A stretch of DNA of 48,745 nt, taken from IMG/VR virus record IMGVR_UViG_3300036046_000008. One strand, written 5' to 3'. Below are positions 35,359-44,539 of this stretch, piece by piece; within the stretch, counting starts at the first letter, position 1, and every line of letters starts with the position of its first letter. Made by a program: the position numbers and the translations under genes. Below the pieces are notes generated by a model. That model was not told the DNA's origin. It did no database searches and was given only the letters and a program-made list of their open reading frames with translations. This DNA comes from a virus.

Positions 35359-35974
35359 TCCTTGCTGGTCGCCAAAGAAAAGTCACAATTACGGCCCGAT
35401 GGTCGGCGTTTCGGGGTTTATGCGTCTGGGTTTGAATTGGAAACCATCGCCCCGTTTTAACAGCTCCAACGTAGTCAATCGATTGGCCCTTTGGGCCGGA
35501 AGGAACGGGTTTGGACCAGCGACCCAAAGGCGACAGATGGCGCAGACGGGGCGCGCCGATTTTCCCGTTAAAATCTCCGCCTAAGATCCGATCAGAATTG
35601 CCTTCGAACCATCGAGCGACTTTCAGTTCCTGTTTATCGTATTCAATCCGATTGCGTGGTTTTCTGTTATAAAAAGCAGGCAAATGGACCGCCCCGATTC
35701 GAGCATGTCGGTTCGCCTTCAAAAAATGCTGCCAGATCAGCCAACGCTCACTGTAAAACGTTGGCGATGAAAGTCTAAAGTAACCATTATAAATAGCATT
35801 AATCCTGCGCGGGTCCCAATAGAGCACGTTGCTACGGGCCGGCGCAGGACGGAAGTATCGGCAACCATCCGGAACATTTCTTGCCGGGTCCCGATCCGTA
35901 TTTTCTTGCCCCAGCACAACATCGCAACGGTATTTTTCAAAAAGAATCTTATAATCGTGTGCGTGCGGCATCAA
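35345..35974 (-). CDS. endonuclease/exonuclease/phosphatase (EEP) family protein
   Basis: 209 aa; LGQENTD, GGDFNG and ADHRAV motifs in EEP order. Confidence 0.5.
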   Translation of the reverse strand: MMPHAHDYKILFEKYRCDVVLGQENTDRDPARNVPDGCRYFRPAPARSNVLYWDPRRINAIYNGYFRLSSPTFYSERWLIWQHFLKANRHARIGAVHLPAFYNRKPRNRIEYDKQELKVARWFEGNSDRILGGDFNGKIGAPRLRHLSPLGRWSKPVPSGPKGQSIDYVGAVKTGRWFPIQTQTHKPRNADHRAVIVTFLWRPARSDNG

Positions 35975-36045
35975 CCGATGCGCACTGTTAAACGTGGCGA
36001 CAATTAGTTTAGGGGGCGGACTTTCGCCCGGTTCTCCGCCCCCGT

Positions 36046-36270
36046 CTAAGGGCGTTCAATGCAATCGCCGACATCAAGATTGTTAGGATCCAAACCAGGA
36101 TTTGCTTCCTTGATTTGATCAACGGTCACTCCCCACTCTTTGCTCAAGGACCAAAGCGTATCGCCTTTCTTGACCACATGCCCATCGCACGCCTCAGGAG
36201 TGACGTCTTCAATCGCGTCCGCAGTATCCCGAAGACCCTGAAGGAGAGCTCTCCATCGGGCATTACTCAT
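36046..36270 (-). CDS. LysM domain protein
   Basis: 74 aa; VVKKGDTLWSLSKEWGVTVDQIKEANPGL LysM-like block. Confidence 0.6.
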   Translation of the reverse strand: MSNARWRALLQGLRDTADAIEDVTPEACDGHVVKKGDTLWSLSKEWGVTVDQIKEANPGLDPNNLDVGDCIERP

Positions 36271-36309
36271 AGTACACAGTCTCCTTTGTTTGGACGGACG
36301 ACAAGATTA

Positions 36310-37131
36310 TTAGCCATCTTCTTCCATTTTGACCAGCTTGGCTTCAAGACGTTGAACCGTCTTCTCGATCTGCCGCAACCGCGCGTTCCCCATCATCGGA
36401 CTTGGATTGTTGGGGTCTCTCTTCTCGCCCTTAGCATTGTAGTCTCCTAGGGTCCGATTAATTCTTGCCGCAATAGCTTCAATGTCTTTCTCACTGAGAG
36501 CCACGTCTGTTTCGCCTCCTTCTTCCGAATTCCCTTGAGCAAGTCTGAGAACCTGGGGTAGATTCAACGCGCCAGTGTCCCAGTGCGAATTCTCTGGAAC
36601 CGAGGCATGCGGCAAATGGCCGCGAAAGGCTTTATAGGCTTGACCGGACAACCTCTGAGGCGCGCTCAGCCCATACCTGGGGTTGCGAGTAAACTTTGGT
36701 ACGAGAGCCAGAGGAATCCCCCAATGTTTATTCAACCAGAGCGCAATGCGAGCCAGAAACGCTAGGTGCTTCTCAGTGAAGTCTCCGACCCAAAGTCCTC
36801 GGTAACGATCGGACAGAACACGATCCGAAAACGAAATGACCTCAATCTGAAAAGCACGATCCGTGTTAGTCTCCACGCCGCCTGGCAGATTTGCCAAGGC
36901 GCGAGAAGACATATTAGCCGGGAAATGTTGACGAATCTGTTCAGTACGAGGATCAATGGTGATAGTTGGAGCGGTAGAGCCCCCAGAATAGCCCGGCCAG
37001 GAAGTACCCTCTGTCGTATGCCAGACACACTTGTACAACGCGTCCGACCAGACGACGCCGCGGTACTTATTCGCATACCACTGCGAAGACCGGTCTGCTC
37101 CAGGCAAATAGAGTTCAGTCATCGGCTTCAC
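36310..37131 (-). CDS. putative endolysin (amidase-like peptidoglycan hydrolase) with C-terminal coiled coil
   Basis: 273 aa; WHTTEG and NSHWDTG blocks; adjacent to LysM gene. Confidence 0.45.
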   Translation of the reverse strand: MKPMTELYLPGADRSSQWYANKYRGVVWSDALYKCVWHTTEGTSWPGYSGGSTAPTITIDPRTEQIRQHFPANMSSRALANLPGGVETNTDRAFQIEVISFSDRVLSDRYRGLWVGDFTEKHLAFLARIALWLNKHWGIPLALVPKFTRNPRYGLSAPQRLSGQAYKAFRGHLPHASVPENSHWDTGALNLPQVLRLAQGNSEEGGETDVALSEKDIEAIAARINRTLGDYNAKGEKRDPNNPSPMMGNARLRQIEKTVQRLEAKLVKMEEDG

Positions 37132-37315
37132 TCGCTTCGTCGAGTACGTCAGAGTCGACGGTCAGATCACTGTAATCCTCGTCCTCGACCGCCATATAGG
37201 CGTACTCCTTGTCGGAGAGTTCACGATCCGCATGAGCAGACGCAGACTCGAACGCGATTGGCTCATCTTCGATCACGGCGAACACCTCAATCTGTTGTAG
37301 GGAGGGAGAGGCCAT
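37115..37315 (-). CDS. small acidic protein
   Basis: Track ORF 66 aa, very acidic. Confidence 0.3.
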   Translation of the reverse strand: MASPSLQQIEVFAVIEDEPIAFESASAHADRELSDKEYAYMAVEDEDYSDLTVDSDVLDEASEADD

Positions 37316-37568
37316 ACGGCCAATTTTCGGACTGATTGACCCTTATTGAATCCATTATCACCTTAACCTCATGGTCAAATATCTGCAACCACACTAACGA
37401 CACAGCACAAACAAGACTAAGAACCAATGCCGAGACTAGGATTAAAGAAGCATCAGTAACAAGATGATGACCACCAGGATCAAAGTCATCACGCCAATAA
37501 AATCCGAACGCACCGATCTCACCTCCAGCCGTAGACGACGATCTACCCATACTTATGCTAACCCCCAA
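37287..37568 (-). CDS. membrane protein (holin candidate by position)
   Basis: Track ORF 93 aa with one long hydrophobic helix; just upstream of the amidase-like gene. Confidence 0.3.
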   Translation of the reverse strand: MGVSISMGRSSSTAGGEIGAFGFYWRDDFDPGGHHLVTDASLILVSALVLSLVCAVSLVWLQIFDHEVKVIMDSIRVNQSENWPYGLSLPTTD

Positions 37569-38710
37569 GTATTAGCCTTGGCGGCTTGTACCACATAGTT
37601 CCAAGACCACGACAAACGGAGCCGACCATCCGTAAACTGCGCGTAATCGGCTGCACCATCGTTACGTAGCATCAAGCTGGAAAAAGAGCCATCGCCAAGG
37701 CGTTGCCCATTAGCGTCGGAGATGTTGTACCACTTACCGTTCCCACCAGACGTGGAGGTTCTGGAGACGGAGTTCTGTCCACCAGGCTCTGGTCCTCCGG
37801 CGTCCGAATTCGAGACATGGATATTCGTTGTTACCGTTCCACTTGTACCAACGCCCGCCTTCTTGAACAAATATACCTCAGCGCTCGTGCAAGATCCTTT
37901 TAACTGACGATCCACACCGTTCGTGCCGAGACGATCGCGTAAGGCTCCGCGGACACCGTTACTACCATAGAAAATAACACCCTTATAGTTTCCGTAGGCG
38001 GCTGTGAAATAACCCTGTGCCGCGATGTTTGCTAGCCAAGACCAGCCATCAACTGGACGCCAAGAATCGACTTTACTCGGCTCAAAGACCATGTCCTGTC
38101 GGCTACCTTGATCGCGCTCCTCAGACCGCCCCGAATAGTAGGTGTAAATAGAACTGTTCAGCCCAAGAATCCCATTTCGGAACGGTCGGACATAAATATT
38201 GATAGATGTGTCTTCAGAAGTCGACACAGCTTTGCTGGTGCCGGTCTGAGTGCCAATAACAACGTTGTTCCGGCGAATTTCATAATGCGTCGCGCCAGGA
38301 ACGACGGCCCAAGACACGGTCACATTCGTCAGCGTTCTGGAAGAGGCTGAAAGCGCGCCAACTTTCCCTTTGGGAATTACCGCATTAATACTTACTGGCG
38401 ACTCAGTCCCAGGGACGCCAAATATGATCGGCGTAACCCGGTATGAGTAAGACGCACCCCAATCTAACCCGGAATCATTGTAAATGCGGCCGACTTGAGT
38501 CGCGATAAGCTCACCATTTCTACGAAGCTCATACAACTCAGCGTTAACCACTTCGTCCCAAGACACAGACAGTGTGCCCGCCGAAGACACCGAACTAATC
38601 TTGGGTTGCCCACCTTCGGCGAGGGGCCAAACTAGATCCTGCCCAAGCGCCACGAATAAGATTTGTTGCTCGCCGAGCTTGACATCGTCCGCAGTATTGA
38701 GAAGAGGCAT
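37553..38710 (-). CDS. minor tail protein with two fibronectin-III-like repeats
   Basis: 385 aa; repeated SVSWDEVVNAELYELRRNGELIATQ / VSWAVVPGATHYEIRRNNVVIGTQ blocks. Confidence 0.5.
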   Translation of the reverse strand: MPLLNTADDVKLGEQQILFVALGQDLVWPLAEGGQPKISSVSSAGTLSVSWDEVVNAELYELRRNGELIATQVGRIYNDSGLDWGASYSYRVTPIIFGVPGTESPVSINAVIPKGKVGALSASSRTLTNVTVSWAVVPGATHYEIRRNNVVIGTQTGTSKAVSTSEDTSINIYVRPFRNGILGLNSSIYTYYSGRSEERDQGSRQDMVFEPSKVDSWRPVDGWSWLANIAAQGYFTAAYGNYKGVIFYGSNGVRGALRDRLGTNGVDRQLKGSCTSAEVYLFKKAGVGTSGTVTTNIHVSNSDAGGPEPGGQNSVSRTSTSGGNGKWYNISDANGQRLGDGSFSSLMLRNDGAADYAQFTDGRLRLSWSWNYVVQAAKANTWGLA

Positions 38711-38713
38711 GAG

Positions 38714-39220
38714 TCACCCCACAACGACATAAAGCGTATCAGGATCTTTAGTAACAATCGCGTCATACTCGGCAAGGGTCCCGCTCCACCATTGGCCTGC
38801 CTCACCTTGAGGCCCCTGCTCACCTTGAGGCCCCTGCTCACCTTGAGGCCCCTGCTCACCTTGAGGCCCCTGCATCGGCCCGATGTTGACCCAATCAGAA
38901 CCATCCCAAATATAACCGTTGTTGGTGTCTTCGGTAATGTACAAATCGTTCAGATCAGCGCTAACCGGCAAATTTGCAAACGATGGCACAACTCCTACAA
39001 TAGTAACGCCCTCTCCACGAGGCCCAGGCGGACCGACAGGACCTTGGATGCCCTGAGGACCAGTCGCCAACGCTTCGCCGAGCTCTGAGAAGGGCGTAAT
39101 TCCATCCCCAATATAAAAAACTCTAAGATCGGTAACGAACCCGATCTCACCGTCTAGCAAGATAGGATTTGAGTTGAGCCATTCGCTTTCAGTTCCTCGC
39201 CGAATTCGAATTACATACAT
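38714..39220 (-). CDS. tail fibre protein with collagen-like (GPQGEQ)x4 repeat
   Basis: Track ORF trimmed to ATG with AAGGAG RBS; N- and C-termini paralogous to 40245..41804. Confidence 0.6.
   Translation of the reverse strand: MYVIRIRRGTESEWLNSNPILLDGEIGFVTDLRVFYIGDGITPFSELGEALATGPQGIQGPVGPPGPRGEGVTIVGVVPSFANLPVSADLNDLYITEDTNNGYIWDGSDWVNIGPMQGPQGEQGPQGEQGPQGEQGPQGEAGQWWSGTLAEYDAIVTKDPDTLYVVVG
38801..38872. repeat. Perfect tandem repeat, 18 bp x 4 (CTCACCTTGAGGCCCCTG)
   Basis: Seen in sequence; encodes GPQGEQ collagen-like triplets in 38714..39220. Confidence 0.9.
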
Positions 39221-39240
39221 CAAACGCTCCTTACCCGTAG

Positions 39241-40224
39241 CTACTTGGAGAGCCACGCACAATCGGAAGAAGCCAGCGACTTAAGAAATTCCCGCGTCCG
39301 TGGTTCACCATCAGCCAGATACCAATTAACGCCCGGACGGTTATTCCGCGTCGAATTAAACCAAGCCACAGTCATAAATCGTTTGGAAGCCACGATAACC
39401 GACCAAGTAGAAACCCATTCGTCAGCAGTATGCGTACCAGTTTCGCCGAAACCAAACAAACCAGCGTACCGAGCCCGCTCTGCCCACTTCAGAATTCGGC
39501 CCACGCGGTTTGCGGGCCCATCTTTGGGGTCGCTAAGGGTGCCGCCGTGATAGACGTCCATTCCTAAAAGCTTCCAGCGCTCCAACAAATCTTGGGGGAA
39601 CCATTCAGCAATCTCAGTGTCAGTCCACGTGTCATGCGCGCCCCAAGGAAATCCATTCATGATAGGGCACAACGTTACTTGGCCAGTGCCACCAAGCCGA
39701 TCCGCAACATCCAGAAGACGCCGCCAGGTACGTGTATAGTGATCATACGTCATGTCGCCCACGGGCTCATGCGCCCACGTGATCAATGCCGGTTGAGACC
39801 ATGTCTGGTACTCCAAAACCCGACGCTCAAAATCAGCGTCAGTAAAATTAAGGCCCGAAAACGATCCCCACGGCAACGAGCCCCGTGCCCACGCCGTCTG
39901 CGCCACTGACCGTTCTTTTTCAAGCTCGGTCGGCTTACAATAATAACGCTGCACACCAGGCAAGCCTAGACGAGCAACTTCATCTTCGTAAGTAGGCAGA
40001 GGGTGGGCCCATCCGAGATAAATCTTGCTCGGCTGATGACCCGGGATCACCCCTTCGGAAGGCTCGCCGTCACCGGGATCGGAACCGCCGTCTTCGTCAG
40101 GCTCGTCTAGACGGGCAAGTACTTCCATTTTGAAGTCCAAAAACTGCTTTTCAAAATTCTCTTGCTGCGCCTTTGCGCTGGCCTTATACTCTTCAAACTC
40201 AGCCGAGGTCGGGACTTCAACCAC
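39241..40224 (-). CDS. tail-associated protein, possible glycoside hydrolase-like domain
   Basis: 327 aa, Trp-rich; between two fibre genes; function is a guess. Confidence 0.35.
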   Translation of the reverse strand: MVEVPTSAEFEEYKASAKAQQENFEKQFLDFKMEVLARLDEPDEDGGSDPGDGEPSEGVIPGHQPSKIYLGWAHPLPTYEDEVARLGLPGVQRYYCKPTELEKERSVAQTAWARGSLPWGSFSGLNFTDADFERRVLEYQTWSQPALITWAHEPVGDMTYDHYTRTWRRLLDVADRLGGTGQVTLCPIMNGFPWGAHDTWTDTEIAEWFPQDLLERWKLLGMDVYHGGTLSDPKDGPANRVGRILKWAERARYAGLFGFGETGTHTADEWVSTWSVIVASKRFMTVAWFNSTRNNRPGVNWYLADGEPRTREFLKSLASSDCAWLSK

Positions 40225-40244
40225 AACGATCTCCTTTGACGGGG

Positions 40245-41804
40245 CTAGACGATTGCATACAATGTGTTTGGATCTTTAGTGCCAATTGCATCATAAGCGG
40301 CCTGGGACCCTACCCATTGACGCCAAACCGTCTGGCCATCTTCTTTAATGCGGCCACCAACGAGATTCACGTCGTTAGCTGGAGTAAGCTGCAAATCCCC
40401 GCCAGTTAACTGCTCGACAACCGTCTGGTCAGCCTCTGTAGAATTTCGAATCTCCAAAGTGCTGCCCACGGTACGAATGCCTTTGTTGAAGTTAACTCGC
40501 CCAAGAACCCCAATCCGCATTTGAACAGCGCCAGCGAGATTCAAAACTTCGAGCATGTTGCCGGAGCCGCCCTCGGCTTGATCCCGAGCAATGATCTTCA
40601 TAGCCACTTCACCAGGAGCGGCGTCATTCGACGTCCTAAGGTTCCCCTTCTCGTTGACCCACGTCGCTCGTTTACCCCCGTACCGAATGTCCACAATGTC
40701 AGCGTCGGTAATGGTGGTGGACGTCGCCGTCCGCTCAACCACCAAACCGCCTACATCTTTACTCGAATTGATGATTGTCATCTTGCGGCGCAGCGTCGTT
40801 CCGTTTAGGCCCACACCCATAATAATGTCCCCAACATTACGGGCCTCGCGGACCTCAAAGAAGTCACCCAGAGAAGCTGGTGTCGACCCACTCTTGAACC
40901 CATGCACACGCAAAGCCACAGTGCTATCTTTGGCCGGATCGAACCTGCCTTCGCCGAACTCATTAAATCCACCAGTGCGGACACCATCGTACTTGAAATG
41001 CAACCGATCAGGCCAGTTCGCAGCCGGCGACGCATCGTTCACAATATTGAACTGTGCAACCTGCATGTTCGTGGGGTCGGTAATGGCATAATCCGCGTCA
41101 GTCTTGGGGCGCTGTTGCCACAAATATCGAGCGTTAGCGGTGCCCTCAGTGATACCGCTGCCGCCAACCAGAATAGCCCAGGCCCCGTTCTGTCTTACAT
41201 ACTGTTGGCCATCATTAGGAGCCTCCTCGACTGCGTCGTCTGGGGCGACTGTTACAGCCCAAGTCCCGTTTTGCCGCACGTATTGCGATCCATTACTTGG
41301 GGCGTCTCTCAAATATTGCGTATGAGGATTGGTGGCAGCGGTGTGCTGCGACAGCAAAGTCGACGCCACGCCGACGTTCTCTTTCCCGGCCAGAGCAGTA
41401 TTAAAAACCGCGCCGTCGGCAACGGACAAATATCGCTCATCAATATCCAGCCAGAAATTGTTATACCGCGCATAGATGGTGCCATCGGCGGGGGCATCGG
41501 TAATTCCAGCCCCTCCCCCACCGACTACGGCAGTCCAGGTCCCATCTCGCCGAGCGTATTGTTCGCCATCCAGGGGTGCTTCTTCAACAGGTCCTGGCGG
41601 GCCAACCGGTCCGTCTTCACCGGGAGGACCAGGAATCCCTGTAGTATAAGGGAGCTCAGTCCAAGGAGTAACCCCATCACCGATCTTGAACTGATTAAGA
41701 TCTGTGACATATGCAGGTTCACCGGAACTGAGAATTGGGTTAGCCAGAGTCCACTGTGCATCGGTGCCCCGGCGAAGACGAATAGTGAAAGGTTGAATTG
41801 TCAT
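40245..41804 (-). CDS. tail fibre protein with short collagen-like segment and triple DG.QYVRQNG.WA repeats
   Basis: 519 aa; GIPGPPGEDGPVGPPGP; three internal repeats; termini paralogous to 38714..39220. Confidence 0.6.
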   Translation of the reverse strand: MTIQPFTIRLRRGTDAQWTLANPILSSGEPAYVTDLNQFKIGDGVTPWTELPYTTGIPGPPGEDGPVGPPGPVEEAPLDGEQYARRDGTWTAVVGGGGAGITDAPADGTIYARYNNFWLDIDERYLSVADGAVFNTALAGKENVGVASTLLSQHTAATNPHTQYLRDAPSNGSQYVRQNGTWAVTVAPDDAVEEAPNDGQQYVRQNGAWAILVGGSGITEGTANARYLWQQRPKTDADYAITDPTNMQVAQFNIVNDASPAANWPDRLHFKYDGVRTGGFNEFGEGRFDPAKDSTVALRVHGFKSGSTPASLGDFFEVREARNVGDIIMGVGLNGTTLRRKMTIINSSKDVGGLVVERTATSTTITDADIVDIRYGGKRATWVNEKGNLRTSNDAAPGEVAMKIIARDQAEGGSGNMLEVLNLAGAVQMRIGVLGRVNFNKGIRTVGSTLEIRNSTEADQTVVEQLTGGDLQLTPANDVNLVGGRIKEDGQTVWRQWVGSQAAYDAIGTKDPNTLYAIV

Positions 41805-41813
41805 GAGCTTCTC

Positions 41814-42206
41814 CTAGGGGCTGCCGCCGTCGATCAGCACAGTGTCAAACGGGAGGGGTGGACTCCAAGCATTGCCCTCGCGATAAACGTTTAGGCGCCA
41901 TTCCATCTCTCGGAGCTGGTCCTCAAGCGCATTGATGAGGAACGACGTATTCGGAGGATCGAAAAGTAGACGCACGCGAAGATAGACGTAAGACTTAACC
42001 GGATTGAGCATCTGAGAATTGCCCAGAAGCTCTTCCCAAGTCGTTTCGGGCCCTTCGACAGAGAACCCCTCTGCAGGGCCGATCCCCAACTGACTTACGT
42101 ACATCAACGCCGAATTAATGTGCGTCATAATGTCTAAGTCGAAGACGGTGTACTCCTCGGCAAGACCAAGAATCTTCTTTGTACTGGTCAAGATACTGTC
42201 AGTCAT
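41814..42206 (-). CDS. hypothetical protein
   Basis: Track ORF 130 aa. Confidence 0.5.
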   Translation of the reverse strand: MTDSILTSTKKILGLAEEYTVFDLDIMTHINSALMYVSQLGIGPAEGFSVEGPETTWEELLGNSQMLNPVKSYVYLRVRLLFDPPNTSFLINALEDQLREMEWRLNVYREGNAWSPPLPFDTVLIDGGSP

Positions 42207-42245
42207 TGGGGCGAACCTCCTTAAAAGCTTCCATTTTGATTGGTG

Positions 42246-42653
42246 CTACCAAAGCTTAGTATCATTAGGACGGCGGGGAACATAGGGTTTCGGGAGTAAA
42301 TTCCGATCGCCGTAATGGATTGCGTTATGAGTATCATGAGTCGTAGTGATCAAGAACTCCGGATCCAAAACCTCGTCCCGTCCGTGAACTAAATCTTCGA
42401 CAGTGACTGGGTTCATATGATGAATGTAAGCACGCTCATAAATCTCATACCCGACGACACCAAGATCACAACCCAGATCTCTTGCAATGACGTGGGTCCG
42501 AAGTGCTCGCCATTGAGCCGACATGTAGAAGCGTTGATTCAACCAACGATCGTGTCCGAACGTAGACAACCCAACAGATCCACGCAGAACCAAATAGTCA
42601 AATCTATCTTCAAACTGACTCATCTGAATCAGCTCGGTATAACGTCTAACCAT
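42246..42653 (-). CDS. HNH endonuclease
   Basis: IHHMNP ... HDTHNAIHYG HNH-like motif; track ORF 42246..42710 trimmed to ATG with GAGG RBS. Confidence 0.55.
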   Translation of the reverse strand: MVRRYTELIQMSQFEDRFDYLVLRGSVGLSTFGHDRWLNQRFYMSAQWRALRTHVIARDLGCDLGVVGYEIYERAYIHHMNPVTVEDLVHGRDEVLDPEFLITTTHDTHNAIHYGDRNLLPKPYVPRRPNDTKLW

Positions 42654-42975
42654 TGTATGCCTCGTCAGTGTGACCGGAATACGACCGCATAGCGTCGAGA
42701 ACGCTTTCATAGAGCTCTTCTACTCGCTTGGCCGACTCCAACAACTCCGTCTTAGAATCTAGCAACTTGTTCTCACGGGCCAGCTTTTCCTGTTCCAAGG
42801 CTTCACGAGTGGACCCAAGACGCAGATAGTGAGTAATCACTTGCGCGGTGGCAGTACCATCTCGGAGCTGCTTCTCAGCGAGATTAGTAGCTAACAACAC
42901 GAGGCGCTGCTCTTGTTCTTCAGGAGTCCGTGCCGGCGGGCGCCGCGGTTCCGACTCCTTGCGGCGTTGCGCCAT
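42646..42975 (-). CDS. hypothetical protein (charged, coiled-coil)
   Basis: Track ORF 109 aa. Confidence 0.45.
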   Translation of the reverse strand: MAQRRKESEPRRPPARTPEEQEQRLVLLATNLAEKQLRDGTATAQVITHYLRLGSTREALEQEKLARENKLLDSKTELLESAKRVEELYESVLDAMRSYSGHTDEAYNG

Positions 42976-42987
42976 AACAACTCCTTT

Positions 42988-43422
42988 CTATCCTTTGTGG
43001 CGACGGAGTGTCTTTCGTCCCCCATGCTCAATGTGCATCGAGGTCGCCACCAAACCGCCGGTCAGAATTAGAAGCAAGACCACGACTTCGCCGACGCCAT
43101 CGATCAAGTTAGTTTCGAGCCCTGAGAAGAATAAGATGATGGTTAAGATCGCTCCGAAAACCATCATCAGATAGGCCCAACGAGTCACAACGACAAAGCG
43201 ATTAAAACTATGGCCCCACATAAATACCAATGCAACCACCGACAACGTACCCACGAAATACTCAAGAGTCCGTTCGGCGGAGCCTACGATAAAAAACGTT
43301 GGCGAGAAACCAAACACGATCAACGCAAGGTTGTAAGCCGTCAGAGAACACACAGCGGTCCAAAAAGCTTGCTCACGGCCAAACAAAGCAAAGAAACGCT
43401 GCTCAATCGGTTTTGGAGTCAT
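42988..43422 (-). CDS. multi-pass membrane protein (paralog of 43597..44046)
   Basis: Track ORF 42988..43590 trimmed to ATG with GAGAAGGAAAG RBS; shares WAYL block. Confidence 0.45.
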   Translation of the reverse strand: MTPKPIEQRFFALFGREQAFWTAVCSLTAYNLALIVFGFSPTFFIVGSAERTLEYFVGTLSVVALVFMWGHSFNRFVVVTRWAYLMMVFGAILTIILFFSGLETNLIDGVGEVVVLLLILTGGLVATSMHIEHGGRKTLRRHKG

Positions 43423-43594
43423 CTTTCCTTCTCTCTGGCAAGGGATGTTTGGCCTCCCAAAGATCCATTCGATGTTTGATCCACCTGCGTAGAGTCTCGA
43501 TGAGAATCGTAACCAACCCAGCCAACGCAAAGTAGAGAAGAGCCAAAGGATCCGTTCCTGAAGGCGGTGCCTGAAAAAACAGTAAAACAACCAT
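43403..43594 (-). CDS. small membrane protein
   Basis: Track ORF 63 aa; ATG after GGAGG RBS; TM helix then charged tail. Confidence 0.4.
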   Translation of the reverse strand: MVVLLFFQAPPSGTDPLALLYFALAGLVTILIETLRRWIKHRMDLWEAKHPLPERRKDDSKTD

Positions 43595-43596
43595 GG

Positions 43597-44046
43597 CTAC
43601 CTCCGCCTGAGATAGCGATCAAGTTGAGAAGAAAGAGGACGACCAGCGCCACCGTCTAGCAAGTGCGCTCCTGCCGCCCCGACAATGCCGATACAAATTG
43701 TAAAACCAATTACAATTTTAGCGTTAGGCGGGACAATGACCTGAGTAGGTGCAACTATCAGGAACGCCACAAGGACAGTAAGCCCATAACCCACAACAAA
43801 GAGATAGGCCCACTGGTTCAGAAAAATATAGGGGCGCTCCAACAAACGGCCTATGAGAAGAATCGTAAGAACCACGCCAACAACCGCAAACACGATTTCG
43901 ATGGACGTCAACGTGTTAACTTCCGGTTCGAGCCCGGGCAATGGTCTAAAAATAGGAAGAAGCACAAACAAGATCAGAGTGATCTGATAGATAACAAGGT
44001 CCGCAATGATAGCTATGACCGTTGTTACGTCTCTACGGAGTTTCAA
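43597..44046 (-). CDS. multi-pass membrane protein
   Basis: 149 aa, 3-4 hydrophobic helices; TTG start after TAAGGAGGGG. Confidence 0.5.
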   Translation of the reverse strand: MKLRRDVTTVIAIIADLVIYQITLILFVLLPIFRPLPGLEPEVNTLTSIEIVFAVVGVVLTILLIGRLLERPYIFLNQWAYLFVVGYGLTVLVAFLIVAPTQVIVPPNAKIVIGFTICIGIVGAAGAHLLDGGAGRPLSSQLDRYLRRR

Positions 44047-44267
44047 GGAGCCCCTCCTTAAAAGTTTTGAGGCACTTCGACAGGGGTTTTACACACTTTC
44101 TACGACCAAAAATCAACTTTTAAGGACCGTCAAGTCTGCGAAGAAAGCTTTTGGCATAGTTTGGCCCCACTTTTACCCCCTCAAACGACCCGCCGGAGAA
44201 ATTTTAGGGACGCGGCGATATGGAGGGGGTCTCGGTTTTGGCGGGCCCTCCCCCCTATTTTAATTTT

Positions 44268-44531
44268 TTAATTCGTTGTTTGCGACGAGGAGTAAACTTT
44301 TCGGTATTTACCTAAAAGGTTGTAGGTCACAATCTCGTCAATAGCTTGCTGTACTGCTTCTTTCTGTTGTTCTTCTGAAAGTTCGAAGGAAACTCTCGCG
44401 ACTCGAGCCAGCAGGCTAAGAGTGTGGTACCCCGATCGACGATCAAAAGCTTCCCACTCTTTGAAGTGGGTGAAAGGATTCCACGGATTGTCAGTAGTAG
44501 TTAACATCGCGTAAGTGTTATCACTCATCAC
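44268..44531 (-). CDS. hypothetical protein
   Basis: Track ORF 87 aa; GTG start, TAGGAGAA RBS. Confidence 0.55.
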   Translation of the reverse strand: MMSDNTYAMLTTTDNPWNPFTHFKEWEAFDRRSGYHTLSLLARVARVSFELSEEQQKEAVQQAIDEIVTYNLLGKYRKVYSSSQTTN

Positions 44532-44539
44532 TCGTTCTC

